DNA of 64,000 nucleotides from Candidatus Heimdallarchaeota archaeon (GCA_018238155.1 JABCTZ010000032.1:224001-288000); one strand, 5' to 3'; counted from the stretch's first letter, positions 50,103 to 60,512 are shown. Notes: a model not told the origin generated them from the letters alone. A program made the numbers and translations.

Positions 50103-50942
50103 ATGGAAATTGAGCTTATCAAAACTAAGGATAAAAATAAACTACATTTTGTCATTAAAGGAAGCAATGATACATTCGTTAATGCTTTGAGAAGAACTAT
50201 CATAAGTGACGTTCCTATATTAGCTATTGAAGATATCATTCTAGTTGAGAACACTTCTCCTGTTTTAGATGAAATGGTTGCTCATAGATTGGGTTTAATT
50301 CCTTTAACTACTCCAATGGATGAATTTACTGTTGCAAGTGAATGTGAAAATTGTGGTGGAGAAGGATGTCATGTTTGTTCCGTTTCACTTACTCTTGATG
50401 TCGAAGCTAATGATGATGAAACATTAAATATTTATTCAAAAGATCTTATTTCTAATGATGCTAAAATCGTTCCAGTGAGTGATAAAATCCAAATAGCAAA
50501 ACTTGGTCCAGGACAGAAAATTACTCTTGAAGCCATTGCTATGATGGGCAGAGGCAGTGAACATGCAAAATGGTCTCCAGTAGTAACTTGTTCTTATCGT
50601 TACTATCCAAAGGTTATACAAGATCCATCAAAATGTACTGGATGTGACGAGTGTGTTGATGCTTGTCCAAAGAAAATCCTTAAGGTTACCAAAAAAGTAG
50701 TAAAATTAACTACTCCTTTAGAATGTCTTCTCTGTGATTTGTGTACAAAGGCTTGTGCACCATATGAATCATTGGTAATGGGTAAGGTCGATGGTGATTA
50801 CGTGTTCCTATTAGAATCAACAGGTTCAATATCACCAAAAGATATTTTCAAAAAAGCGACCGAAATCCTCAAAAATAAAGCCAAGGATTTCGAGACTGCT
50901 TATAAAATAGCTCATGAAAATTTCACAAAGAAAAAGAACTAA
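50103..50942 (+). CDS. rpoD: RNA polymerase subunit D (Rpo3) with a ferredoxin-like domain
   Basis: NALRR, DEMVAHRLGLIPL, HAKWSP, CTGCDECVDACP and CLLCDLCTKAC. Confidence 0.96.
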   Translation: MEIELIKTKDKNKLHFVIKGSNDTFVNALRRTIISDVPILAIEDIILVENTSPVLDEMVAHRLGLIPLTTPMDEFTVASECENCGGEGCHVCSVSLTLDVEANDDETLNIYSKDLISNDAKIVPVSDKIQIAKLGPGQKITLEAIAMMGRGSEHAKWSPVVTCSYRYYPKVIQDPSKCTGCDECVDACPKKILKVTKKVVKLTTPLECLLCDLCTKACAPYESLVMGKVDGDYVFLLESTGSISPKDIFKKATEILKNKAKDFETAYKIAHENFTKKKN

Positions 50943-51022
50943 TCTATCGTATCAATAAATCAAAAAGTCAAGTTAATCCTAAAAATAGTTTTCAGTAAAT
51001 GAAGACGGAGGATTGTGAGTAT

Positions 51023-51394
51023 ATGCCAAAACCAACAGGGCCATCAGATCCAAATACCGTCGCGTTAATTCGCGATTTAAGAAAGAAAGGTGCTAAAGAT
51101 AAAAAGCACACTTTTTGGACGGTTCTCTCAAAAAAATTGGAAAAACCACGCCGAATAAGACCAGCTATCAATCTTAGCAAGATAAGTCGTTATGCTAAGA
51201 AGACAGATCTCGTTGTTGTTCCGGGTAAAGTTTTAGCCTCTGGGGAGATAAAGGGCAGCTATACAGTTGCTGCTTTGAACTTTAGCTTAATTGCTGAAGC
51301 AAAAATAACAAAAGCTGGCGGAAAAGCAATTTCATTAAGAGACTTAATGAATTTACCCGCAGCAGAAATCAAGAATGTTCGTATTCTTGCTTAA
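51023..51394 (+). CDS. rpl18e: 50S ribosomal protein eL18
   Basis: INLSKI, VVPGKVL, FS..A..KI..AGG; position after rpoD. Confidence 0.95.
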   Translation: MPKPTGPSDPNTVALIRDLRKKGAKDKKHTFWTVLSKKLEKPRRIRPAINLSKISRYAKKTDLVVVPGKVLASGEIKGSYTVAALNFSLIAEAKITKAGGKAISLRDLMNLPAAEIKNVRILA

Positions 51395-51413
51395 TTAGCT
51401 CGGAGTGATTAAT

Positions 51414-51890
51414 ATGTCAAGTCCAAAAACAGTAATAGACGCAGAAGGAGCAATTTTAGGCAGATTATCAACATATGTTGCAAAACGATTGTTGACTGGT
51501 GAGACAGTTGATATTGTCAACGTTGAGAAGATTATTATCTCAGGTAAACCAAAGTCAGTTATTGCACAATATAAAGAACGTCTTGGTATCCGAAGCAAAT
51601 ATAATCCTCTTAGAGGTCCATTCCATTACAGACGACCAGATAGATTTGTAAGACGATCCATTCGTGGAATGCTCCCATACAAAAAACCACGCGGAAAGGC
51701 TGCTTTTCATCGTTTGAAATGCTATATCCAAGTACCAGTGGAATTTGAAAAAGTTAAGAAGATTACAATTCCAGATGCTGATTCAGCAAAATTAACGAGT
51801 AAACGAATTTCTGTTGCTGACCTCTGTATACAGTTAGGTTGGAATTACAACCCAAAACTGGATCCAAATTATCAACCAGTAGAAGAATAG
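51414..51890 (+). CDS. rpl13: 50S ribosomal protein uL13
   Basis: IDA.G.ILGRL...VAK.LL.G, GPFH.R.P, RGMLP. Confidence 0.96.
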   Translation: MSSPKTVIDAEGAILGRLSTYVAKRLLTGETVDIVNVEKIIISGKPKSVIAQYKERLGIRSKYNPLRGPFHYRRPDRFVRRSIRGMLPYKKPRGKAAFHRLKCYIQVPVEFEKVKKITIPDADSAKLTSKRISVADLCIQLGWNYNPKLDPNYQPVEE

Positions 51891-51901
51891 GTGATTAAGA
51901 A

Positions 51902-52312
51902 ATGTCTTCAAAACGAATCGTTCTAACCTCCGGTAAAAGAAAAACAGCTGTTGCACGAGCAACCACCAAAACCGGCAAAGGTCGCATCCGAATTAATTCC
52001 ATACCACTAGAAATTTTCCCCTCAGAATTGGCACGAATGAAAATTCAAGAGCCATTGCAACTTGCCGGAGAAGCTGTCATCAATAAAGTTGACATAAGTG
52101 TTAACGTTAAAGGTGGTGGTACTGTCGGACAGGCAGATGCTGCAAGAACTGCAATTGGAAGAGCTCTAGTAAAATGGACACAAGATCCTGAATTAAGAAG
52201 CAAATTTTTACACTATGATAGAACCATTTTGGTTGCAGATTCCAGAAGAAAAGAACAAAAGAAAGCAGGCGGACCTGGAGCAAGAGCTAAATACCAGAAA
52301 TCCTATCGTTAA
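51902..52312 (+). CDS. rps9: 30S ribosomal protein uS9
   Basis: [28 protein letters not shown]. Confidence 0.97.
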   Translation: MSSKRIVLTSGKRKTAVARATTKTGKGRIRINSIPLEIFPSELARMKIQEPLQLAGEAVINKVDISVNVKGGGTVGQADAARTAIGRALVKWTQDPELRSKFLHYDRTILVADSRRKEQKKAGGPGARAKYQKSYR

Positions 52313-52339
52313 ATTAAACAATAAAAATTTGTTCAGAGT

Positions 52340-52372
52340 TTGGTGGTTCTTCCACCAACAATTTTTCATTTT
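52340..52372 (+). terminator. Hairpin plus T-rich tract after rps9
   Basis: TTGGTGG-TTCTT-CCACCAA followed by T runs. Confidence 0.5.
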
Positions 52373-52470
52373 TATATTTAAGTTACATTTAGTTGTTTAT
52401 TATTAATATACTTGGAAAACATCCAATAAATTGGTTTCAGGTTTAAAAAAAAATAAGGTTGAAAAAATTT

Positions 52471-52857
52471 ATGAGTAGAACAAAAGATTGGTTACAATAT
52501 TCTGAAGAATTAATCAAAATTGCTGATTTACTAATGGATAAAGGTCGTTTTTCATGGTCTTGTTTTACATCTCAACAAGCTGCAACTGCTGCCCTCAAAG
52601 CAATTCTATTTAAAATGGGCGAGTCAACCTATGGAGATAATCTTATTGCTCTTTTAAGAACTGTGAAAGAAAGCCGTGCTATTCCTAAGGACGTAAAAGA
52701 AGCATGTCATCATGTTAATGATTATTTCAAAACTAGTCGAGATTTAGAAAACAAACCCGATGGAACTCCTCTTAGCTATTTCTCTCTTAAAGAATCACAA
52801 AAAGCGAAAATTGATGCATTGACAGTTATTCGATTTGCTTATCATGAATCTCAATAG
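52471..52857 (+). CDS. HEPN-domain protein (MNT-HEPN type, probably non-catalytic)
   Basis: W......A..L...G...W.CF.SQQA...ALKA; YKTSR-like degenerate site. Confidence 0.75.
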   Translation: MSRTKDWLQYSEELIKIADLLMDKGRFSWSCFTSQQAATAALKAILFKMGESTYGDNLIALLRTVKESRAIPKDVKEACHHVNDYFKTSRDLENKPDGTPLSYFSLKESQKAKIDALTVIRFAYHESQ

Positions 52858-52964
52858 TTGATTGATATTATATAAAAAGGCAATATATTATTCCCCTTTA
52901 GTAATAAAACTTCATTTAAATACTAAACCATTCCCTTAACACTATAGAAAGGAGCTCAAAAGAA

Positions 52965-54410
52965 ATGTCACTCTTCTCATTTGGTCAAGATGCTATAAGC
53001 TATGCATTAAAAGAAGAAGCTGATTATATTGATGTACGAATGGAAAATGCTTTTGAAAATTATGTTGGAATGCGCAATAGAAAATTATGTGGAGTTAACA
53101 CTCAACTTCGTGAGAGTATTGGTGTTAGAATATTGTTCAATGGTTTTTGGGGATTTGCAGCAACTGCTTCTTTAGATACTTCATCTATACGAACAGCTGT
53201 TGAATCTGCACTATTGTGTGCTAAAAAAATTGCTAAAAGGTTTCCTGAAGAAAAGAGCAATTTAGCAGATATGACTGTTAGGAAAACAAGTGTTGCAGAT
53301 GAGTGTGAAAAATCTCCACAGCTAATTGACCCAATTGAAAGAATGGACCTCGTTTCAGATATCAATTCAAGAATTACTACTCGTGTAAAGGATCTTTCTG
53401 TATTAGATATTAAACTAATTGAAAATAATACCCAAAAATTTTTCTTGAATTCAGATGGCACACAAATAGAACAAATTCTCGTAAGAGCAAGTTTGTTTCT
53501 AGGTTCTTCATTGATGGGTTCAAGTACTTTACCAAAAATCTGCTCAGTTGGTTTTGGTGGTGTTGGTGGTATTGAACAATTTCAGACATTGGAATTTGAA
53601 GACCTTCTTACAAAGTTCACTTCAAGTTTACCAAAAATAGCTCAAGCTAAATTAGTAAAACCGACTGAACAACCTGTTATTTTAAATGAGAGGATGGGTT
53701 GGAATTTGTGCCATGAATTTTGTCATGCAGTTGAATCTGATTTAATTTTGGAAGGAAGATCTTCTCTTGGAAATCAAATAGGAACAAAAATTGGTTCCGA
53801 AAAAGTAACTATAATTGACGATGCTAGTTTTAAAGGGTATGGTGAATATTATTTCGATGATGAGGGAGTAAAAGCTTCTGGTACACTTATCGTTGAAGAT
53901 GGAATATTATTTGATGTTTTACAAACAAGAGAAACTGCAGGTGAAATGAGCGCTATTCCTACAAGCAATGGTCGTGCTGAGAGTAGTTTGCATCTACCAT
54001 TAGTGAGGCAAAGTAATACATTCTTTGAGCCAGGGAATTTCTCCTTTGAAGAGTTGCTTGAGAATACTCGTTCTGGATTATTTGTTTGTGATTCCTTCGG
54101 TGGTATTTCTGATACAATACAAGGGAATTTTCAGCTTGATGCTCAATATGGTCGAAAAATCGAGAAAGGAGAACTGGGTGATTATGTCACAAATTTTTCT
54201 TTAGTTGGTAATTTATTCTCTATTTTAGGTTCTATAGATGGAATGAGTAGGGATCTTGGTAGTTACCCTGCTTATTGTAGCAAAGGTGGTCAAAGTGTTA
54301 GTGTTGGTTCTATTTCTCCAAAAGTAAGTTTGAAGACAATTGGCATTATTACAAATATTGCTCACAGACAAACTCGCAAAGTTGATTTCGAGAAAATGAG
54401 GGAAAGATGA
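52965..54410 (+). CDS. tldD: TldD-family metalloprotease
   Basis: GVRIL..G.WGFA, HEFCHAVE, FDDEG, GRAES....P.VR.SN, CSKGGQ. Confidence 0.88.
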   Translation: MSLFSFGQDAISYALKEEADYIDVRMENAFENYVGMRNRKLCGVNTQLRESIGVRILFNGFWGFAATASLDTSSIRTAVESALLCAKKIAKRFPEEKSNLADMTVRKTSVADECEKSPQLIDPIERMDLVSDINSRITTRVKDLSVLDIKLIENNTQKFFLNSDGTQIEQILVRASLFLGSSLMGSSTLPKICSVGFGGVGGIEQFQTLEFEDLLTKFTSSLPKIAQAKLVKPTEQPVILNERMGWNLCHEFCHAVESDLILEGRSSLGNQIGTKIGSEKVTIIDDASFKGYGEYYFDDEGVKASGTLIVEDGILFDVLQTRETAGEMSAIPTSNGRAESSLHLPLVRQSNTFFEPGNFSFEELLENTRSGLFVCDSFGGISDTIQGNFQLDAQYGRKIEKGELGDYVTNFSLVGNLFSILGSIDGMSRDLGSYPAYCSKGGQSVSVGSISPKVSLKTIGIITNIAHRQTRKVDFEKMRER

Positions 54411-54411
54411 G

Positions 54412-55776
54412 ATGCTGGAAGTTATTGGTGAATTAATTCTCAAACACGCTAAAAAAATCGGTATAGACGCTGTAGAAGCTTTTCTTCAAAAGAAATCACT
54501 GAAAAGAATTATTATGAATAAAGGAATAATAAAAAATGTTTCAGAACACGAGTTATCAGGTTTTGCTGTAAGATCAATAATTGATAAACGAATGGGTTTC
54601 GTTTCTTCAAATTCATCAAGCAATATTGAAGCTACAGTTGAGCTTTCACTACAAAATGCAAAGAGCTCACTACAAAAAATTTCAAGAGATTTTGTTGATT
54701 CTAAAACCATTTCTCAAGTAGATAATATTCGAGATAATAATCTTCGAGATTTAACATTGAATGATATAAGTGAGAAACTAATTACTATGCTTGAGTCAAT
54801 TGATTCTTCAAAACCAATTATCAATATTGCCGGTTCAGTATTTGTTGAAACTGAAGAACGTTTGGTTGCTAATTCACAGGGATTGTGGAAAAGAGAGGTT
54901 GGAACACGATTATTTGTAGAACTCGAAACAGCTATTCAAATAGATGATTTCATTGGTGTTGGAACCGGGAACGAATGCTCTCGAGCGTTAGATAAAAATT
55001 GGCAAGCGTTATTTAATTCAACAATTAAAAATGCTTATTCACATCAAGGTAAAAAGAAGCTTTCTCTATCTAAACCTCGAGGGGTAATTTTCAGCTCAGA
55101 AGCAATTGCTCAGATTCTTGCATTTTCATTAATTCCTTCATTCTATTCAACAAATGAGAGTTCACACAGTGAAACAATGAAGAAAAGAAATTTTGCAAAA
55201 GATATTGAATTGATAGATGATCCAACGATTCAAGGTGCTTTGAATACCTTTGGTTTTGATGATGAAGGACATCCTACCAAACCGCAAACGATTATTAGCA
55301 AAGGAAAATGTAAGAACCTATTAGGCATGACCTATGACTGCTCCGAAGAATCCCAAGAAGTAAATTACAGAGGTAATTGTTTTAGAGTTGCTCCTGTAAG
55401 CAGAGAAAGTCGAAGTTATTTATATCCTCCTGTAATCTCTGCGTCAAATTTCATAATGAAATCCTTTGCACCTGTTAAAGATTCCATTTTAGGTTACTTA
55501 TCTGATGGCATCTATGTTAAACGAATTACAGGAGCTCAAGATGCAAATTATTTCTCCGGTGATTTCAACCTCACTGTTACAGAAGGTTACGAAATAAAAA
55601 ATGGTGAAATTATTAATCCAATTTCACCCTGTTTTTGCTCAGGCAATATTTACAAAATCTTGAATGACCCGACTCTAATTTTGGGGAGTAAAACAAAACA
55701 AGTACCAATACTCACTACTCCACTAAATATCATTACTCCTGAATTATTAACTTCAAGAATTACAATTACAGTATAA
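54412..55776 (+). CDS. pmbA: PmbA/TldE family protein
   Basis: Adjacent to tldD; IDDPT..G.....FDDEG, SGDF, G.EIKNGE, SGN. Confidence 0.85.
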   Translation: MLEVIGELILKHAKKIGIDAVEAFLQKKSLKRIIMNKGIIKNVSEHELSGFAVRSIIDKRMGFVSSNSSSNIEATVELSLQNAKSSLQKISRDFVDSKTISQVDNIRDNNLRDLTLNDISEKLITMLESIDSSKPIINIAGSVFVETEERLVANSQGLWKREVGTRLFVELETAIQIDDFIGVGTGNECSRALDKNWQALFNSTIKNAYSHQGKKKLSLSKPRGVIFSSEAIAQILAFSLIPSFYSTNESSHSETMKKRNFAKDIELIDDPTIQGALNTFGFDDEGHPTKPQTIISKGKCKNLLGMTYDCSEESQEVNYRGNCFRVAPVSRESRSYLYPPVISASNFIMKSFAPVKDSILGYLSDGIYVKRITGAQDANYFSGDFNLTVTEGYEIKNGEIINPISPCFCSGNIYKILNDPTLILGSKTKQVPILTTPLNIITPELLTSRITITV

Positions 55777-55827
55777 AAGTAGATTAAGAAAAAATAAATA
55801 AAAAAAGGAAGAATAAGAATTAATCAA

Positions 55828-56463
55828 CTATTCTTTCTTCTCAGCTTTATCAGAGACACCTTTAGATGTTGAAGTTGGTTTCTTTCTAACTCTCTTGATG
55901 ACTCGTTTGGCTCCATCTGGAGCTGCTACTGCTTCTGTTGGAGTAACTTCATCTCCTAATGATTCGGCTAAATCACCTTCAAGTTTTTCTAAAGCTTCTT
56001 CTGGACTTTCCGCAGATTCAGTGGAAACTGATTCACCTTCGAGATCATCTAATTCTGCTAATTCATCTGTAGATAATTCTTCGGCTGTTTCTGCTTCTCT
56101 TTTAGCAATTTCTTCTTGAACTTTCTTTCGTTCTTCTTCAATTTCGATTAATCGTTTTTCTTGAAGAACGTCGTAATCAGCTTTTCTCTTTTCAGCTTCT
56201 TTACGTGCTTTTTTATTTTCCTTGATAGCTTTTAATCGTAATTTTTCTTTTTCGGCTTGTTGTTTTGCGTAATCTTCTTTGAAAACTTTTAATGAAGTGA
56301 TGTTTTCAGAATATTTTGATTTTCTGCGAAGGTCAACAATTATTCCTGCTTCTCTAGCTTCTTTGACTGTAAGTTTTACTGCTGCAAGTTCATCGGTACT
56401 GAAACCTCTTCCTTTACGATGAATATTTCTTCCAGGACTTTCTACTTCTGCTCTAATCTGCAT
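55828..56463 (-). CDS. rpl13e: Ribosomal protein eL13 with a long C-terminal extension
   Basis: RKGRGFSTDELAA..L....AR..GIIVD.RRKS...EN...L. Confidence 0.88.
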   Translation of the reverse strand: MQIRAEVESPGRNIHRKGRGFSTDELAAVKLTVKEAREAGIIVDLRRKSKYSENITSLKVFKEDYAKQQAEKEKLRLKAIKENKKARKEAEKRKADYDVLQEKRLIEIEEERKKVQEEIAKREAETAEELSTDELAELDDLEGESVSTESAESPEEALEKLEGDLAESLGDEVTPTEAVAAPDGAKRVIKRVRKKPTSTSKGVSDKAEKKE

Positions 56464-56556
56464 TTTTTGAAACCTCAAATATCGTTATGTTCTTTATCAC
56501 GTTGCTAAATTATTTACCTTTAATTCTTTTGGTGTACTTCTTAATAATAGAAACGT

Positions 56557-57066
56557 TCATTTTTTCTTTAAAGACTGTTCCTCATTTTCATTTGAACTAT
56601 CTTCAGCGTTTTTTTCGACTTGCTTATATTCCACTAGCTTGCTTTTGAACATAGCTAATAGAAGATACGACATTGCAATTCCTGTTGTAATACCTAATCC
56701 AACAGAGCTTGTATAAATAAATAACCAGTTTCCTTGAGTTGGGTCACCGGTACTAAATTTCAGAATTAAAGAGAGTATTAGTGAAATGGCTAACACACTC
56801 ATTGTAAAAAAGAAGAGTATATTCCTATCGAAATTTCTTTCTAATTTCAAAAAGATAAATAAACTTGAAATTGTAAGAATTGCTCCACTTCCAGCACCAA
56901 TGGCAATATACATGAGAACATTCAAAGCGATTTCTTGAGTAAATAAGGCCCAAATAATGACAATGAATAATGCACACATAACTACTAAAGTTAACATTAG
57001 GATTATCGACATAAATCGAGATTCGAAGAGTGCTTTTGCTTTTTCTTGTTTTTCTTCAGATGCCAT
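56557..57066 (-). CDS. Four-TM membrane protein
   Basis: Four hydrophobic helices. Confidence 0.6.
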   Translation of the reverse strand: MASEEKQEKAKALFESRFMSIILMLTLVVMCALFIVIIWALFTQEIALNVLMYIAIGAGSGAILTISSLFIFLKLERNFDRNILFFFTMSVLAISLILSLILKFSTGDPTQGNWLFIYTSSVGLGITTGIAMSYLLLAMFKSKLVEYKQVEKNAEDSSNENEEQSLKKK

Positions 57067-57188
57067 ATGCTTGTCTCCCTATACTTAAAAAAAACATTCA
57101 TTGCGCTTTAAAATTCCTTTCATCAAAATTAGTATCAATTTATTTAAAAAGTTAAACTTAAATCATTGATATTAAAAGAAGAAATCTG

Positions 57189-58442
57189 GTGTTAGTTTTG
57201 TCAAAGAAATCTGTTGATCCTTCAAAAGGAATTGGTGTAAAGTCTAGTAAAATCGTCAAGCAAGAGAATCTTGGAAAAAGAATTGGTACTGCAGTTGTTC
57301 ATGCAGGTGAAGAGATAAACCCTCAAACAAGAGGTGTTGTTTCCCCAATTGATTTTTCAACTACTTTTGCTTATAAAACTGCTAAAGAATGGGCTGAAGT
57401 ATTTTATCACGGAAAAGACGGATTTGCATATTCCCGCCATGGAAACCCAACACGATCAATTTTCGAAAAGAAAATAGCAATACTAGAAAATGGTGAAGCT
57501 GGTATTGGTTTTAGTTCTGGAATGGCTGCGATTTCCTCTGCAATTTTCACTTATTTAGAAACAGGCGATGAAATAGTTATCACTGATCGTTGTTATCCTG
57601 GTACTCGTCACTTATTAAATCAATATTTAAAACGTTGGGGTTTTAAAGTTCATTTTGTTAATGCTGCTAATATTGATAGTGTTAGTGAAAAAATCAATGA
57701 TAGAACAAAAATTGTTTATATGGAATGCCCTGCAAACCCTACCTTATCCTTATGTGATATTGAAGCAACAGTAAAACTAGCAAAAGAAGTTGATGCTAAA
57801 TATTTTTTTGACAACACCTTTGCCAGTCCAATAAATCAACAACCATTGGATTTCGGAGCAGATGTCATTATTCATAGTGTAACAAAATATCTTGGAGGAC
57901 ACAGTGATGTTCTGGGTGGAGCAATTGTTTCTTCTGCAGAAGATCGTGCTGAAATTATGAATACCACTGTTTATTATGGAGGTGTCATGGCGCCATTTGA
58001 TGCTTGGTTAACTATTCGGGGAATAAAAACACTTGAATTACGCATTCAAAGACATAATTTAAATTCCTTAGCTTTGGCTGAATTTTTACAAGATCATCCA
58101 AAAGTCCGAGAGGTTTACCATCCTGGACTTAAGAGTCATCCTCAATATGCTCTTGCTAAAAAACAAATGAAAGGTTTTGGTGGTATGGTGAGTTTCTGTG
58201 TAGGAAAAACCGATACAGATGGTGGAACTTTTCTCAATGCATTAAAAATTGTTAAGCGTGCAAGTAGTCTGGGTAGTGTTGAATCTCTAGCTCAAGCATC
58301 TGGTAGTATGATTTATCTCGAGTTTTCTGAAGAAGAAAAACAAGCAATTGGTATTAATCCAGGCTTTATTCGTTTCTCAACAGGTATTGAAGATAAAGAT
58401 GATCTAATTGAAGATGTTGATCAAGCTTTAAGCAGGATTTAA
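57189..58442 (+). CDS. Cys/Met metabolism PLP enzyme (methionine gamma-lyase or cystathionine gamma-synthase/lyase)
   Basis: YSR.GNPT, SSGMAAI, E.P.NP, DNTF, HSVTKYLGGHSD, SLGSVESL, R.S.GIE. Confidence 0.93.
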   Translation: MLVLSKKSVDPSKGIGVKSSKIVKQENLGKRIGTAVVHAGEEINPQTRGVVSPIDFSTTFAYKTAKEWAEVFYHGKDGFAYSRHGNPTRSIFEKKIAILENGEAGIGFSSGMAAISSAIFTYLETGDEIVITDRCYPGTRHLLNQYLKRWGFKVHFVNAANIDSVSEKINDRTKIVYMECPANPTLSLCDIEATVKLAKEVDAKYFFDNTFASPINQQPLDFGADVIIHSVTKYLGGHSDVLGGAIVSSAEDRAEIMNTTVYYGGVMAPFDAWLTIRGIKTLELRIQRHNLNSLALAEFLQDHPKVREVYHPGLKSHPQYALAKKQMKGFGGMVSFCVGKTDTDGGTFLNALKIVKRASSLGSVESLAQASGSMIYLEFSEEEKQAIGINPGFIRFSTGIEDKDDLIEDVDQALSRI

Positions 58443-58592
58443 TTTCTTCTTTTTTCTTTAATTATAATGCCTACCTTTAAATATTAAAGAAGCAATAATA
58501 TAGTTAGAGGTCAAACCTTCTATCTCCACCTATTTCACAAGATTATCAATTATTTTTCCAATTTTTGCATCAATATTTATTAGGTGAAAAAA

Positions 58593-59255
58593 ATGAGATA
58601 CATATTCGAGCCGGAAATTCTACAAGTTATATGTAAAGAAGTGTTAAAAGATATTGAATACTCAAATTTTGATTCTGAACAAAAGATCAATGAATTATTT
58701 GATAAATTAACTGAAAAATTAGCAAGAGAGTATCCAACTTATATTAAGACAGAAGAACGAAATTGGATCTTTAATAATGCTGGGGGTGCAATGGGCTCAC
58801 TTACGTTATTACATGGATCATTAAAGGAATATCTGATTTTTTTTGGTACGCCTATTGGTACACATGGTCATTCAGGAAGATATCGAAAAGCAGATGTCTA
58901 TGATATAATGTTAGATGGAGAAATGCTATGTTATAATGAAGATAAAATCACTCGAGCAACTTATTTACCTGGTGATATGGCAATTCTAAAACGGAAGTTA
59001 GCAAAAAGCTACCGTATACCTGAAAGAGCTTGGATGTTAGAATATGCACGTGGTGGTATTCCTGCCATGATTAGATTTGGAATAGGCGATAATCTCTATA
59101 GTAATTTTGATTATAAAAGTTCAAATCAGCTCATAAGAAATTATGGTAAAATGGTTTTTAGAAATCTCTTTAAACGAAAGAAGAAAGGAAATATTCCCGT
59201 GAGTGAATTTTATCGGAACCTCATTGCACAAAGTAAAATTGATTCGACAATATAA
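58593..59255 (+). CDS. ERG2/sigma-1 receptor family protein (C-8 sterol isomerase-like)
   Basis: YIFEP, WIFNNAGGAMG, LLHGSL.EYLIFFGTP.GT.GHSGRY, Y.PGD, WMLEYARG.IP.M..FG..D...S..D. Confidence 0.9.
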   Translation: MRYIFEPEILQVICKEVLKDIEYSNFDSEQKINELFDKLTEKLAREYPTYIKTEERNWIFNNAGGAMGSLTLLHGSLKEYLIFFGTPIGTHGHSGRYRKADVYDIMLDGEMLCYNEDKITRATYLPGDMAILKRKLAKSYRIPERAWMLEYARGGIPAMIRFGIGDNLYSNFDYKSSNQLIRNYGKMVFRNLFKRKKKGNIPVSEFYRNLIAQSKIDSTI

Positions 59256-59288
59256 TGATATCAACCCATTGAAATTAAATCACTGACA

Positions 59289-60512
59289 CTAAGTTTTTCG
59301 ATTTACATTCATTATTTTTTCTGCTAGTTTTATTGCAGAATTGTAGCCGTTTTCAGCAGATTTAGCTGGGAGAACAATGCTGCAGAATGGATCTCCTTTT
59401 TCAAGTAGAACCTTATAATGTGTTCGATCAACAATCCATTTACTTTTTGGATATTTCAAAACTGGAAACTTTTCTTCAATATCTGAAAATAGAATACCTT
59501 TCACTGAGAAATTATGATATTTGGGTTTCTTAGGTAGTTCATGAAGAATTCCATTAAAAGCATCAATATGTAATTGTACAACATTGTAACCTGTTGCATA
59601 TTCTACACATTCCAAACTTCCTTGAAATCTCGGGTTAATTTCCATAAAGAAGAGTTTTTCATTTTTAATTACGAAATCGATTCCATTTGACCCTTTTAAA
59701 TCTAATTTTAGAAAAACTTCTCTGATATGTTCTAAAGTGTGATCAAGTAATTTAGCTTTTGTTTCTAATTTTTGTAATGGAACAACATTTCCACAGTACG
59801 AAAAATCTCCTGGAGAATTGAAATTGCTATCACCAATGATTTGTTTATTTATTGAAAGTACTTGAACAATATCTTTTGTACAAATAACAGATGAACTTGC
59901 ATCTAAACCATCAATATATTCATGCAACCAAATTTCTTTATCGTAGTTTTCATCTTTCAATTCAAAATATTTCTGCAGATCAGAATAGTTGGACCAATAT
60001 TTTATTCCTGTACCTCCTCCTCCTCCTGAACCTCGAGTAACAAGTGGAAATGGTCTATTTTTCGCTTCCTCAACTAATTCTTCAATATTCATGAAAGATA
60101 AAGAAAATGGAATATCAAAACCCGCATCCTCAGCAATTTTATGCATCGTTTTTCTGTCTCGGGTTAAAGCAAATTTCTCCGGAGAATTTGCATAAACTTT
60201 TGGTCCTAATTGATTGAACTGTTCAATAATTTTCGGGTAGCGATCAAATGCTGATCCAAATAGGATTCCATCAAAATCTTCTTGTTCATCTACCATTATT
60301 TCAGAAAGAATATAGAGATACTCAGGTGGAGAGCGATGCAAATGTCGATGAAGTGTTTGTCCAGGTTTTTGTCTTAAAACAGAGAAACAATTTTTGGATA
60401 TGTTAATTAAATCCATATCTCCAAAGTAATCTGTTGTACCAATATCATAACCTGCTTTTTTAGCTGATTTAGCGATAGGTCTGGCATTGAAGCCCGAAAT
60501 TAAAAACTTCAT
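59289..60512 (-). CDS. ATP-grasp domain protein (COG2232-like carboligase)
   Basis: R..A.SA..AG, D.FGD.D, GGGGTG, EYI.G, F.Y.GN, GIDF, EINPRFQG. Confidence 0.85.
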   Translation of the reverse strand: MKFLISGFNARPIAKSAKKAGYDIGTTDYFGDMDLINISKNCFSVLRQKPGQTLHRHLHRSPPEYLYILSEIMVDEQEDFDGILFGSAFDRYPKIIEQFNQLGPKVYANSPEKFALTRDRKTMHKIAEDAGFDIPFSLSFMNIEELVEEAKNRPFPLVTRGSGGGGGTGIKYWSNYSDLQKYFELKDENYDKEIWLHEYIDGLDASSSVICTKDIVQVLSINKQIIGDSNFNSPGDFSYCGNVVPLQKLETKAKLLDHTLEHIREVFLKLDLKGSNGIDFVIKNEKLFFMEINPRFQGSLECVEYATGYNVVQLHIDAFNGILHELPKKPKYHNFSVKGILFSDIEEKFPVLKYPKSKWIVDRTHYKVLLEKGDPFCSIVLPAKSAENGYNSAIKLAEKIMNVNRKT

